Positions 9,317 through 18,950 of a stretch of 42,000 nucleotides of DNA are shown one piece after another (within the stretch, counting starts at the first letter, position 1; each line of letters opens with the position of its first letter). The position numbers and the translations under genes are program-made. This DNA is from Pseudomonadota bacterium. GTDB lineage: Bacteria > Pseudomonadota > Gammaproteobacteria > Burkholderiales > Burkholderiaceae_C. The stretch is taken from the NCBI GenBank assembly GCA_041181325.1, contig JBEGPS010000244.1, forward strand, positions 1-42,000, read 5' to 3'. The notes under the pieces were generated by a model. The model was not told the origin of the DNA and did no database searches. It saw nothing but the letters and a program-made list of their open reading frames with translations.

Positions 9317-10515
9317 AACAGTATTTAGACACCCCCATGACAGACACCATTGCCCAACTTAAAAGTCAGCTCAAAAACCTTCAAGACCTCTTTGAAAATG
9401 GAGTGATCCAGCAAGCTTCCTACGCTGAGGCTAAAGCTGTTTTGGAGCAACGCATAGTGCAGGTGGTTCTTGCGGGACCTATCGCACAAGCAGTGCCAGC
9501 CGCGGCCAAATCTTCTGAAGCTAAGCCCGCTAAAACTATGCTGCTGGGCCTTGCGGTTGCCGTAATTGCTATTGCCGGTGCCGGATATTGGTGGAAGGGA
9601 TCTCCCGATCTCGCGAGCGCCAATGGGGTTGCTTCGACCGATCACGCAGCGACAGACTCAACCGAGGGTAATGCGCCGCACACCACAAGCTTTGACCAAA
9701 TCGCTGCCATGACCGAAAAGTTGTCTGCTCGCTTGAAGGAAATGCCCAAAGATGCAGAAGGTTGGGCTATGTTGGCGCGCTCGTACAGCGTATTGGGTCG
9801 GCATCCAGAGGCACTGGCGGCCTATGAAAAGGCGATCGCCTTGCGCAAAGACGACGCTATGTTGCTTGCAGACTATGCCGACTCGCTGGCAGTAAAAAAT
9901 GGCAGTAAGCTGGATGGTGAACCCATGAAGCAGGTAAACCGAGCGCTCAAACTAGACCCCCGCAATGCAAAGGCATTGTTCCTGGCTGGTACCTATGCGT
10001 TTGACCAAAAGGACTACAAGCAGGCGGTTAAACACTGGCAGGCTGCAGTGCAGACAGGTGCGGCCAATGACCCGCTGACGCAACAAATGGAGTCAGGTCT
10101 TAAAGAAGCCCGCCAATTGGCAGGGCTTCCTCCGGTAGCAGCCGAAGACGTGGCAGCAACACCGTCGGTTGCCAGTGTCAGCGGTACGGTCAGCCTATCC
10201 GGTGCCTTGGCGCAACAAGCGCAACCCGAGGACACCGTGTTTGTATTCGCGCGCTCAGCGCAGGGTGGGCGTATGCCTTTGGCCATCTTGCGCAAGCAGG
10301 TCAAAGACCTTCCGCTGCGATTCACGCTAGACGACAGTTTGGCTATGTCGCCGGCTAATGCGCTGTCTGGTGCCAAGCAGGTGATCGTGGGCGCGCGCAT
10401 CAGCAAGAGTGGAAATGCCATGCCACAGCCCGGCGACCTGTTGGGGCAAAGCGTGGCTGTAGCTGTGGGTAGCAGCGGGCTAAAAATCGACATCAAAGAT
10501 GTCGTTAAGCCCTGA
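9313..10515 (+). CDS. ccmI: Cytochrome c biogenesis TPR chaperone CcmI/CycH
   Basis: Coiled N-terminal loop, TM segment, TPRs (DAEGWAMLARSY...) and C-terminal domain with VFVFAR, MPLA, FTLDDSLAM, ARISKSG. Confidence 0.9.
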   Translation: MKQYLDTPMTDTIAQLKSQLKNLQDLFENGVIQQASYAEAKAVLEQRIVQVVLAGPIAQAVPAAAKSSEAKPAKTMLLGLAVAVIAIAGAGYWWKGSPDLASANGVASTDHAATDSTEGNAPHTTSFDQIAAMTEKLSARLKEMPKDAEGWAMLARSYSVLGRHPEALAAYEKAIALRKDDAMLLADYADSLAVKNGSKLDGEPMKQVNRALKLDPRNAKALFLAGTYAFDQKDYKQAVKHWQAAVQTGAANDPLTQQMESGLKEARQLAGLPPVAAEDVAATPSVASVSGTVSLSGALAQQAQPEDTVFVFARSAQGGRMPLAILRKQVKDLPLRFTLDDSLAMSPANALSGAKQVIVGARISKSGNAMPQPGDLLGQSVAVAVGSSGLKIDIKDVVKP

Positions 10516-10529
10516 GCGCGTCTTTGGCA

Positions 10530-11819
10530 ATGAATTACTTGTATCTCTATGTGGCGGTGTTTGCTGTTGTGGTTGTCTTGTACATGCGCCGGCAATCCCG
10601 CATACACACAACTGACGCCGCAGAGCTCAATTTGGCAATTCAAAGCGGGCTGGCTGAGCCGCCATCGCTGCATCCTGTTGTTGACCCAACCAAGTGCATT
10701 GGTTCAGGCTCTTGTACCAAAGCCTGCCCGGAAAATGCCCTGGGCATGGTCAATGGCAAGGCTGTTCTAAAAAATGCAGCCCACTGCATTGGGCATGGTG
10801 CGTGTTTGGCAGCGTGCCCCTTCGATGCCATTAAGCTGGTGTTTGGAACTGAAAAGCGCGGCGTCGATATTCCCCATGTCAGCCCTACGTTTGAATCTAA
10901 CGTGCCAGGAATTTATATTGCTGGCGAGCTCGGTGGCATGGGGTTGATTCGCAAGGCCGCCGAACAGGGGCGCCAAGCCATTGCCTCGATACGCAAAAAG
11001 ACAGGTGGTAGGGGCGAGTACGACGTCGTTATCGTAGGGTGTGGCCCTGCCGGGTTGTCGGCAGGACTCTCGTCGATACACCACAAATTGAAATACAAGC
11101 TCCTCGAGCAAGAGGACTCATTGGGGGGCGCGGTTTACCACTATCCGCGCCAAAAAATTGCCATGACCGCACCGGTGGACTTGGACATCATTGGGAAAGT
11201 CAAATTTGGCGAAGTACAAAAAGAAAAGCTGCTTGAGTTTTGGCTTGACGTGGTCAAAAAGACGGGCCTTGAGATTGCATTTCGTGAGCGCATGGAAGCC
11301 GTTGAGCGCGTTGACGGAGCTTTTGTAGTCAGGACCAATAAAGGAACTTACACCGCGCGCAATGTATTGCTGACCATGGGACGACGTGGAACGCCAAGAA
11401 AGCTGGAAGTGCCAGGTGAAGAGTCATCCAAAGTGACCTACCGATTAATTGACCCAGAACAGTACCAAGGGCAGTCGGTTTTAGTTGTAGGCGGTGGAGA
11501 CAGCGCGCTGGAGGCTGCCATCGCGGTGTCTGAGCAAGCTGACACGAGCGTCATCCTTTCTTATCGAAGTGCTGCGTTTTCGCGAGTGAAGCAAAAAAAC
11601 AGAATACGTCTGGAGCAACAAGAAAAAGCTGGGCGCCTTCGCGTACTGCTCAATTCCACGGTGGATGCGATACACCCGCAGCACGTAGACATTGTCCGTG
11701 AGGGCGTTAGCCAGCGTTACCCCAATGATGCGGTGATTGTTTGTGCCGGAGGGCTGCTCCCCACCCCATTGCTACAAAAAATTGGCATTGAATTCGCAAC
11801 CAAGTTTGGCAGCGCCTAA
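10530..11819 (+). CDS. Membrane-anchored ferredoxin-domain FAD/NAD(P)H oxidoreductase (TrxR fold, no CxxC)
   Basis: N-terminal TM; CIGSGSC..CP and CIGHGAC..CP Fe-S motifs; VVIVGCGPAG FAD motif; VVGGGDSA NAD(P)H motif. Confidence 0.85.
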   Translation: MNYLYLYVAVFAVVVVLYMRRQSRIHTTDAAELNLAIQSGLAEPPSLHPVVDPTKCIGSGSCTKACPENALGMVNGKAVLKNAAHCIGHGACLAACPFDAIKLVFGTEKRGVDIPHVSPTFESNVPGIYIAGELGGMGLIRKAAEQGRQAIASIRKKTGGRGEYDVVIVGCGPAGLSAGLSSIHHKLKYKLLEQEDSLGGAVYHYPRQKIAMTAPVDLDIIGKVKFGEVQKEKLLEFWLDVVKKTGLEIAFRERMEAVERVDGAFVVRTNKGTYTARNVLLTMGRRGTPRKLEVPGEESSKVTYRLIDPEQYQGQSVLVVGGGDSALEAAIAVSEQADTSVILSYRSAAFSRVKQKNRIRLEQQEKAGRLRVLLNSTVDAIHPQHVDIVREGVSQRYPNDAVIVCAGGLLPTPLLQKIGIEFATKFGSA

Positions 11820-11854
11820 TGTGCCGCTGTGGGCCACTGATTTAGCGAGCCCTA

Positions 11855-13138
11855 CTAGCCGTGCAGGTTGTCGTTGCGCGCAATGTCGAGTAGGTGGTTG
11901 ACTTCCACCGCATGCTCGCGACAGTTACGCTCATGCCAGCGCTTGATCACCCACATAAAGCCTGCCACCACCACGCCAAAAATGGTGATCGCACCAAAAG
12001 CCGACAAACCCATGCCGGTGGACAAGGCGTAAAAGCCACCCAGGCCCAAGATACAAGCCTGCTCATTGAAGTTTTGCACCGCAATCGATCGGCCTGCACC
12101 CATCAGGTTGTGCCCACGGTGCTGGAGCAGCGCGTTCATAGGCACCACCAAAAAGCCGCCTAAGCCGCCCAGCAGCACCAAAAATGGCGCTGCCAGCCAC
12201 ACGTTGTCAATAAAGTTCAACAGAATCACCAGCACGCCCATGCCAATTCCCAAGGGCATTACATTGGTGGCCTGGTCCAGGCGCATGCGCAATGACGCGG
12301 CAACTGCCCCTACTGCAGTACCAATTGCTACCACTCCCACCAATGCAGAGGCCTGCGTGACGCTGTAGCCCAAGGCCGCAGCCGCCCATGCCAGCACGAT
12401 ATAGCGCAAGTTGCCACTCACACCCCAAAACAAGGTCGTGGTAGCCAATGAAATTTGTCCCAGGCGGTCACGCCACAAGCGGGTGTTGCAGTGCCAGAAA
12501 TCAGGCAGCAGGGTGACTAGATTGTTTGGCAATGCGCGCATGGGTACACCAGTCAGTGGAATGCGGGTGTTAAACCATGCTGCTGCCATGTACACGAATA
12601 TCAGAATACTGATGGCCGCTTCAGGGGCGGTGTCGATGCTAGTGTCAATCAATGGAAAGTCAAACGACAAGAGCTTGCTAGACATTATTGGCCCGACAAG
12701 TTGTCCACCCAGGAGTACCCCCAAAATGATGGACGCAATGGTGAGCCCTTCGATCCACCCATTGGCTTTGACGAGCTGAGAAGATGGAAGTAGTTCCGTC
12801 AAGATGCCGTATTTTGCAGGTGAATACGCTGCAGCACCAAGCCCAACGATGGCGTATGCCATCAGTGGATGCGTGCCAAACAGCATCATGAGGCATCCTA
12901 TGACTTTGATGGAATTACTCGCCAGCATGACTTTGCCCTTGGGGTAGGCATCGGCAAAAGCACCTACAAAAGGGGCTAGTACCACGTAAAACAGGGCAAA
13001 CATGGGCACTAGCGCGGCCTGCTGCCACTCTGGTGCGCCGTCGCCACGCAGAAGCTGCACGGCTGCTACAAATAATGCATTGTCGGCCAGCGAGCTGAAA
13101 AACTGCGCTGACATGATGGTGTAAAAGCCGCGTTTCAT
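11855..13138 (-). CDS. lplT: Lysophospholipid transporter LplT (MFS)
   Basis: [23 protein letters not shown]-terminus, [11 protein letters not shown] and AVQNFNEQ; divergent from alr. Confidence 0.93.
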   Translation of the reverse strand: MKRGFYTIMSAQFFSSLADNALFVAAVQLLRGDGAPEWQQAALVPMFALFYVVLAPFVGAFADAYPKGKVMLASNSIKVIGCLMMLFGTHPLMAYAIVGLGAAAYSPAKYGILTELLPSSQLVKANGWIEGLTIASIILGVLLGGQLVGPIMSSKLLSFDFPLIDTSIDTAPEAAISILIFVYMAAAWFNTRIPLTGVPMRALPNNLVTLLPDFWHCNTRLWRDRLGQISLATTTLFWGVSGNLRYIVLAWAAAALGYSVTQASALVGVVAIGTAVGAVAASLRMRLDQATNVMPLGIGMGVLVILLNFIDNVWLAAPFLVLLGGLGGFLVVPMNALLQHRGHNLMGAGRSIAVQNFNEQACILGLGGFYALSTGMGLSAFGAITIFGVVVAGFMWVIKRWHERNCREHAVEVNHLLDIARNDNLHG

Positions 13139-13270
13139 GTGTCGGTGGGGCGGGCATCAGTGCAACTAATGCTGTGGGTATTGTTATGTGTCTCCAAACG
13201 TGCTGCGGTTATAGCATGGCAGGCGGTGTCAGAATCCGGCATCCGCAATTTGGTTTATGTTCGTCTTACT

Positions 13271-14356
13271 ATGCCCCGCCCCATTCAAGCCACTATCCAC
13301 ACGCAAGCTTTGGCCAATAATTTGGCCGTTGCCAGACGCTTTGCACCTGACGCGCGGGTGTGGGCGGTGGTCAAGGCCAATGCCTATGGCCACGGCATAG
13401 AGCGTGCATTTGAGGGCTTGCGCGGGGCCGATGGCTTTGCGCTCTTGGATTTGACCGAGGCCCAACGCGTGCGTGCTTTGGGTTGGCGCGGCCCGATTTT
13501 GTTGCTGGAGGGGGCGTTCGATCTGCGCGACTTGGAGCTGTGCTCGCGCCTAGACCTATGGCACACCGTGCACTGCGAAGAGCAGATAGATATGTTGGCC
13601 GCTCACAAAACCAATGTGCCACAGCGGGTTTTCTTGAAGATGAACTCCGGCATGAACCGGTTGGGCTTTGCGCCGCACCAATACCGTTCGGCCTGGACGC
13701 GCTTAAACGCCTTGCCCCAGGTGGACGAAATATCGCTCATGACCCACTTTAGCGACGCCGATGGCCCCAAGGGCATTGCCGCCCAAATGGACACCTTCAA
13801 CCACTTTGCGGGCGATTTGCCGGGCGAGCGCTCCTTAAGCAACAGTGCCGCAACGCTGCGTCATGCCGACGCTGTGATTGCGTCAGACTGGGTGCGCCCG
13901 GGCATTGCGGTGTATGGCAGTGCGCCAGACTTCCCTGAGCATTCTTCTGCGCACTGGGGTTTACAACCTACGATGACATTTGCTGCAAAATTGATAGCTG
14001 CTTACGCAATACCGAAGGGGGCTAGCGTGGGATATGGCTCAAACTTTGTAGCCCCGGAGGCTATGCGCATTGGTGTGGTTGCATGTGGCTATGCCGATGG
14101 GTACCCCCGCAGCTGCCCTACCGGCACGCCTGTGCTGGTAGACGGTGTGCGCACCCGTACATTAGGGCGCGTCAGCATGGATATGTTGGCGGTAGATCTG
14201 GGGCCTGTACCTCAAGCGCAAACGGGCAGTTCGGCCACCCTGTGGGGTGTTGCCGCTAACGGCGCAGTGCTGTCGATTGACGAGGTGGCCCATAAAGCGG
14301 GCACCGTGGGTTATGAGTTGATGTGCGGTTTGGCACAGCGGGTTCCGGTGCAGTGA
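13271..14356 (+). CDS. alr: Alanine racemase
   Basis: PLP lysine motif [32 protein letters not shown] and GRVSMDM. Start at ATG 13271 (MPRPIQATI). Confidence 0.97.
   Translation: MPRPIQATIHTQALANNLAVARRFAPDARVWAVVKANAYGHGIERAFEGLRGADGFALLDLTEAQRVRALGWRGPILLLEGAFDLRDLELCSRLDLWHTVHCEEQIDMLAAHKTNVPQRVFLKMNSGMNRLGFAPHQYRSAWTRLNALPQVDEISLMTHFSDADGPKGIAAQMDTFNHFAGDLPGERSLSNSAATLRHADAVIASDWVRPGIAVYGSAPDFPEHSSAHWGLQPTMTFAAKLIAAYAIPKGASVGYGSNFVAPEAMRIGVVACGYADGYPRSCPTGTPVLVDGVRTRTLGRVSMDMLAVDLGPVPQAQTGSSATLWGVAANGAVLSIDEVAHKAGTVGYELMCGLAQRVPVQ
13981..14030 (+). repeat. 50-bp dispersed repeat, copy 1 (inside alr CDS)
   Basis: tgctgcaaaattgatagctgcttacgcaataccgaagggggctagcgtgg aligns without gaps to the copies at 25037, 33652 and 18961 (reverse complement). 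Confidence 0.75.
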
Positions 14357-14434
14357 AATACGTGTTCATCAACGTCATGCCACCTGCAGCTCTGTGCAGT
14401 TGGTCGGTGGCAAGGTTACTGTGTCGGTTCAGCG

Positions 14435-16969
14435 TTAGCGCACCAGCCTAAACCATGTCAAGCTGGCCGCGCTTAGCGCCACAGCGCGCAGCCAATCGGC
14501 GGGTGCCAGCGGGCTGAATTGAAACAGACTAGCTAACCAAGGCACATACAGCGTGAGTGCCAGCACTGCCGTGGTCAGCCCCACCACCAGCCACAGCGTG
14601 CGGTTGGGTACGGTTAGCGATTGCCACAGCGTTTGGGTTCCCGTGCGGCTGGACAGCAGCAGCAGCACGTTGCCCAGCACCAAAGTAACAAAAACAAAAG
14701 CGCGTGTTCCGCGTTCATCCAGCCAAGTGCTGCCCCACAAATAAGCCGCGACGACGCACGCCAAAGCGCCCGCCCCCTGCAGCAGCGCAATCAGCAGGGT
14801 ACGGCCACCCACCAGTCGTGCATTCGGGTCGCGCGGCGGGCGTTGCATCGTACCGGCCTCCTGGGGTTCGTTCTCAAACACCATAGAGCACGACGGATCA
14901 ATCACCAACTCTAAAAATGCAATGTGCAGTGGGTACAGCATCACCGGCCAGCCCATCAGCACTGGCAATAAGGCCAGCCCAGCAATCGGCACATGTACTG
15001 CCAAGATATAAAACATCGACTTGCGCAGATTGTCAAAAATGCGCCGCCCCAACTGAACGGCGTGCACGATAGAGGTGAAGTTGTCGTCCATCAGCACAAT
15101 GGCGGCGGCTTCGCGCGCCACGTCGGTGCCGCGTCCTCCCATGGCCACGCCCACGTGGGCGGCTTTCAGGGCGGGTGCGTCGTTCACGCCGTCGCCTGTC
15201 ATGGCCACCACCTCGCCATTGGCTTGCAGGGCTTGCACAATGCGCAGCTTTTGTGCAGGCGCCACGCGTGCGCACACGTCGGTGGTGCGCAGCTGGGTTT
15301 GCAAGGCTGCATCTGACAGGGTTGCAATGGTGTCGCCGCTCAGTACCTCAGGCACTTTGGTGCCGCTTAGGTCCGCCTGCAGCGCAATGGCGCTGGCAGT
15401 AGCGGGGTAGTCGCCGGTAATCATCATCACCCGAATGCCAGCGGCGTGGCACTCTTGCATGGCGCTGGTAATGCCAGGGCGCAGCGGGTCGGCCAAGCCC
15501 AGCAGGCCTACATAAGTAAAGTCAAAATCATGCTCCCCCTCGGGCCAGGCTTGACCTTCAAATTGCCCCTGCGCCACCCCCAGCACCCGCAGGCCCAGTG
15601 CCGCCATGGCCTGCACGTCTCGCCCTATTTGGGCAGCCGTTGCGGCATCCATGTGGCACAGGTCGATGATGGCTTCCGGCGCGCCTTTGGCCGCTACCAC
15701 ATGCGTGTTGCCTTGCTGCGCCTGCCACACCTGCGACATGGCACGCAGCTGGGGCGTGAGTCCATAAGATTGCAGCAAAGTCCAGTCACGGTGCAAATGT
15801 TCGGTGCCTTCTAGAAAATGCTGGCCGAGCCTGTGAAAGGCTTTTTCCATCGGGTCAAACGGCTCGGCCACACTGGCCAAAATAGAAAACTCCACCAGCG
15901 TGTGAAATGCCTCGGGCAGAGCAGCTTGCGCGCTGTAGTCCACGTTCAGGGTCTGCGTATCTGTGCCCACGCGCACGGCCAGTTGGGCCACTGTCATGCG
16001 GTTTTCGGTCAGCGTGCCGGTTTTGTCCACGCACAACACGGATGTGGCCCCCAGTGTCTCGATGGCGGTAATGCGCCGCGTCAGCACGTTTTGCTTGGAC
16101 AAGCGCCACGCACCGAGCGCGGGCAATACGGTCAGTACCACCGTAAATTCTTGAGGCAGCAGCGCCATCGCCAAAGCAATGCCTGCCAGCACCGCGCCCA
16201 GCCAATCACCCCGCAGCAGGCCGAAGGCAACGATGAGTAGCAGACTGGCCGCTCCCGCCACCATGGCGAGCACTTTCACCAACTGCGCAGTTTGCTTCTT
16301 GAGCGGCGTGGTCTGTACTTCCACAGACGTTAGCGCTGCGCCAATACGACCAATCTGGCTGCGCGCGCCGGTGGCCGTGACGCGGGCTTGCCCATGGCCT
16401 TGTACCAGCAGCGTACCCGAGTACAGCCAGGGCAGCTGGTCGCCACCCGGGTGCTCAGGTGCGGTTAGTGTGGCGCTGTCTGGGGTGGACGGTACCGCAG
16501 GCGTTTTGTGCACCGGGGCCGATTCACCGGTAAGCAGGGACTCGTCCACGGTGACCTCGGTGCCCGATAGCAGCACTGCATCCGCCGCCACACGGTCGCC
16601 CTCGGCCACGATGAGTACATCGCCCACCACCACGTCGCACCCAGCCACCCGGGTCGGCTTGCCGTCACGCAGCACCAGTGCTTTGGGGCTGCTCATATCC
16701 CGCAGGGCCTGTAGTGCATGTGCAGTTTTGCCTTCTTGGTACAGCGTCAATGTCACCACTACCAATACCAAGCCCAGCAAAATCAAGCCCTCTTGCAAGT
16801 CACCCAGCACCACATACAGCAAGCCCGCGCTCAGCATCAGGGCAAACATGGGCTCACGCATAGCGTCCCACAGGGCTATGAACCAAGTGTGGCGAACATC
16901 GCTGGGCAGGGCATTGGGCCCATCGGTTGTGAGGCGCTCGGCGGCGTCAGAGGTACTGAGTCCATTCAT
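14435..16969 (-). CDS. Cation-transporting P-type ATPase (P2-like)
   Basis: DESLLTGES, DKTGTLT phosphorylation motif, MITGD, TGDGVNDAPALK and about 10 TM segments. Confidence 0.95.
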   Translation of the reverse strand: MNGLSTSDAAERLTTDGPNALPSDVRHTWFIALWDAMREPMFALMLSAGLLYVVLGDLQEGLILLGLVLVVVTLTLYQEGKTAHALQALRDMSSPKALVLRDGKPTRVAGCDVVVGDVLIVAEGDRVAADAVLLSGTEVTVDESLLTGESAPVHKTPAVPSTPDSATLTAPEHPGGDQLPWLYSGTLLVQGHGQARVTATGARSQIGRIGAALTSVEVQTTPLKKQTAQLVKVLAMVAGAASLLLIVAFGLLRGDWLGAVLAGIALAMALLPQEFTVVLTVLPALGAWRLSKQNVLTRRITAIETLGATSVLCVDKTGTLTENRMTVAQLAVRVGTDTQTLNVDYSAQAALPEAFHTLVEFSILASVAEPFDPMEKAFHRLGQHFLEGTEHLHRDWTLLQSYGLTPQLRAMSQVWQAQQGNTHVVAAKGAPEAIIDLCHMDAATAAQIGRDVQAMAALGLRVLGVAQGQFEGQAWPEGEHDFDFTYVGLLGLADPLRPGITSAMQECHAAGIRVMMITGDYPATASAIALQADLSGTKVPEVLSGDTIATLSDAALQTQLRTTDVCARVAPAQKLRIVQALQANGEVVAMTGDGVNDAPALKAAHVGVAMGGRGTDVAREAAAIVLMDDNFTSIVHAVQLGRRIFDNLRKSMFYILAVHVPIAGLALLPVLMGWPVMLYPLHIAFLELVIDPSCSMVFENEPQEAGTMQRPPRDPNARLVGGRTLLIALLQGAGALACVVAAYLWGSTWLDERGTRAFVFVTLVLGNVLLLLSSRTGTQTLWQSLTVPNRTLWLVVGLTTAVLALTLYVPWLASLFQFSPLAPADWLRAVALSAASLTWFRLVR

Positions 16970-17059
16970 GCCCCAGACATTAGCGCAGCTTTGGCGCGCT
17001 GTCTGTTAAAAGTCGTACATCGCTGGAATGGCTGTTAATGCATACAGTATCATCGCGCC

Positions 17060-18427
17060 ATGGCCAAAGAAAAAACCATCTATACCTGCGTTGACTGCGG
17101 TGGCACCAGCCCCAAATGGCTGGGCAAGTGCCCGCACTGCAATGCCTGGAACACGCTGATTGAATCCGTGGCGCACGCCGAGTCGGCGGTAAAAAACCGC
17201 TTTGCCTCGCTGGCAAAGACGGCCGAAGTCACGGTGCTCAGCGACATTGAAGCGTCGGACGTAGACCGCACGCCCACGGGTCATGAAGAGCTAGACCGCG
17301 TGCTGGGTGGTGGCATTGTGGAGGGCGGTGTGGTGCTCATCGGTGGCGACCCTGGCATTGGTAAGTCCACGCTGCTGCTGCAGGCGCTGGATTCGCTGCA
17401 GCGCAGCGGCAAAAGCACGCTGTATGTCACTGGCGAAGAAAGTGGAGCGCAAGTGGCCTTGCGCTCACGTCGTTTGGGGCTGGACCACAGCCAGGTCAAA
17501 GTGCTGGCCGAGATTCAGCTAGAAAAAATAATCGCCACCCTGGATGCCAACCGGCCCGACGTGGCTGTGATTGACTCGATTCAAACCGTGTATTCCGATC
17601 AGCTCACCAGCGCGCCAGGCTCGGTAGCGCAGGTGCGTGAGTGCGCCGCCCACCTGACCCGTGCCGCCAAAAGCAGCGGCGTGTGCATCGTGCTGGTAGG
17701 CCATGTGACCAAAGAAGGCGCGCTGGCGGGGCCCCGCGTGCTGGAGCACATGGTGGACACCGTGCTGTACTTTGAAGGCGACACGCACAGCCAGTTTCGG
17801 CTGGTGCGGGCGATTAAAAATCGCTTTGGTGCCGTCAACGAGATTGGCGTGTTTGCCATGACTGAAAAAGGACTCAAGGGCGTAAGCAACCCCAGCGCTA
17901 TTTTTCTGAGTCAGCACGCTGAGCCGGTGCCGGGCAGCTGCGTGATGGTCACCCTGGAAGGCACCCGTCCCATGCTGGTGGAGATTCAGGCGCTGGTGGA
18001 CAGTGGTGGCCCCAGCCCGCGCCGCTTGTCCGTGGGCTTGGACAAAGACCGGCTGGCTATGCTGCTGGCGGTGCTGCACCGCCATGCGGGCGTGGCCTGC
18101 ATGGACCAAGATGTATTCATCAACGCCGTGGGCGGCGTACGCATCGGCGAGCCCGCAGCGGATTTGGCCGTCATGCTGGCCATTACGTCGTCTTTGCGCG
18201 GCAAGCCACTGCCAAAGGGCTTTTTGGCGTTTGGCGAAGTGGGGCTGGCTGGCGAGGTGCGCCCCGCACCGCGCGGCCAGGAGCGACTGAAAGAAGCCGC
18301 CAAACTCGGGTTTACCGTAGCGGTGGTGCCCAAGGCCAACGCGCCCAAGAAACCCATTGAAGGATTGACCATTCATGCGGTGGAGCGCGTTGAGCAGGCC
18401 ATGGAGGTCGTGCGCTCCCTGGGATAA
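17060..18427 (+). CDS. radA: DNA repair protein RadA/Sms
   Basis: Zinc finger CxxC..CxxC, Walker A GDPGIGKST, KNRFG motif and Lon-like C-terminus. Confidence 0.98.
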   Translation: MAKEKTIYTCVDCGGTSPKWLGKCPHCNAWNTLIESVAHAESAVKNRFASLAKTAEVTVLSDIEASDVDRTPTGHEELDRVLGGGIVEGGVVLIGGDPGIGKSTLLLQALDSLQRSGKSTLYVTGEESGAQVALRSRRLGLDHSQVKVLAEIQLEKIIATLDANRPDVAVIDSIQTVYSDQLTSAPGSVAQVRECAAHLTRAAKSSGVCIVLVGHVTKEGALAGPRVLEHMVDTVLYFEGDTHSQFRLVRAIKNRFGAVNEIGVFAMTEKGLKGVSNPSAIFLSQHAEPVPGSCVMVTLEGTRPMLVEIQALVDSGGPSPRRLSVGLDKDRLAMLLAVLHRHAGVACMDQDVFINAVGGVRIGEPAADLAVMLAITSSLRGKPLPKGFLAFGEVGLAGEVRPAPRGQERLKEAAKLGFTVAVVPKANAPKKPIEGLTIHAVERVEQAMEVVRSLG

Positions 18428-18465
18428 ATGCGGGGTCCTTATTGGATTGCTTGGCTTGATGGGGT

Positions 18466-18482
18466 GTTAAGAGCTACTTAAT
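18466..18482 (+). promoter_or_regulatory. Putative QseB/PmrA-type direct-repeat box
   Basis: GTTAAG-N5-CTTAAT about 35 bp upstream of the cytochrome operon; a QseB-like regulator is encoded downstream. Confidence 0.55.
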
Positions 18483-18517
18483 CTGCAATGCCTACCATGG
18501 CAATTCATGGAGGTGCT

Positions 18518-18937
18518 ATGGTCATTTTGAAATCTGGATTAAAGGCTTATGCCCGCGTTTGCGCAGTGTCGTTGGGCGGCATACTTTTGACCGTCGGTGC
18601 GCACGCAGCAACCCCGGCCGAGCTTTTGGCGGGCTATGTGACCCAGTCGGGGCAAGCAGCACAGCCTGCGCGAGGGCAAGACTTTTTCACCAGTAAGCAT
18701 GGGAAAGACTGGAGCTGCTCCAGTTGCCATACGGCCACGCCTACCGGTGAGGGTAAGCACGCCAGCACCGGCAAAGTAATTAGCGCCATGGCACCAGCGT
18801 TTAACCCTGAGCGCTTCACCGAATTAGCCAAGTCAGAAAAATGGTTTCGCCGCAATTGCAACGATGTGGTGGGCCGTGAATGCACCGCCACAGAAAAAGC
18901 CGACGTATTGGCGTGGTTGCTCAGTTTGAAGCGTTAA
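18518..18937 (+). CDS. Monoheme cytochrome c, DUF1924/Sphaeroides heme protein (SHP)-like
   Basis: GGAGGT RBS, signal peptide, CSSCH, and EKWFRRNCNDVVGREC with the second Cys pair. Confidence 0.88.
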   Translation: MVILKSGLKAYARVCAVSLGGILLTVGAHAATPAELLAGYVTQSGQAAQPARGQDFFTSKHGKDWSCSSCHTATPTGEGKHASTGKVISAMAPAFNPERFTELAKSEKWFRRNCNDVVGRECTATEKADVLAWLLSLKR

Positions 18938-18950
18938 CGCCAAGAAATAT

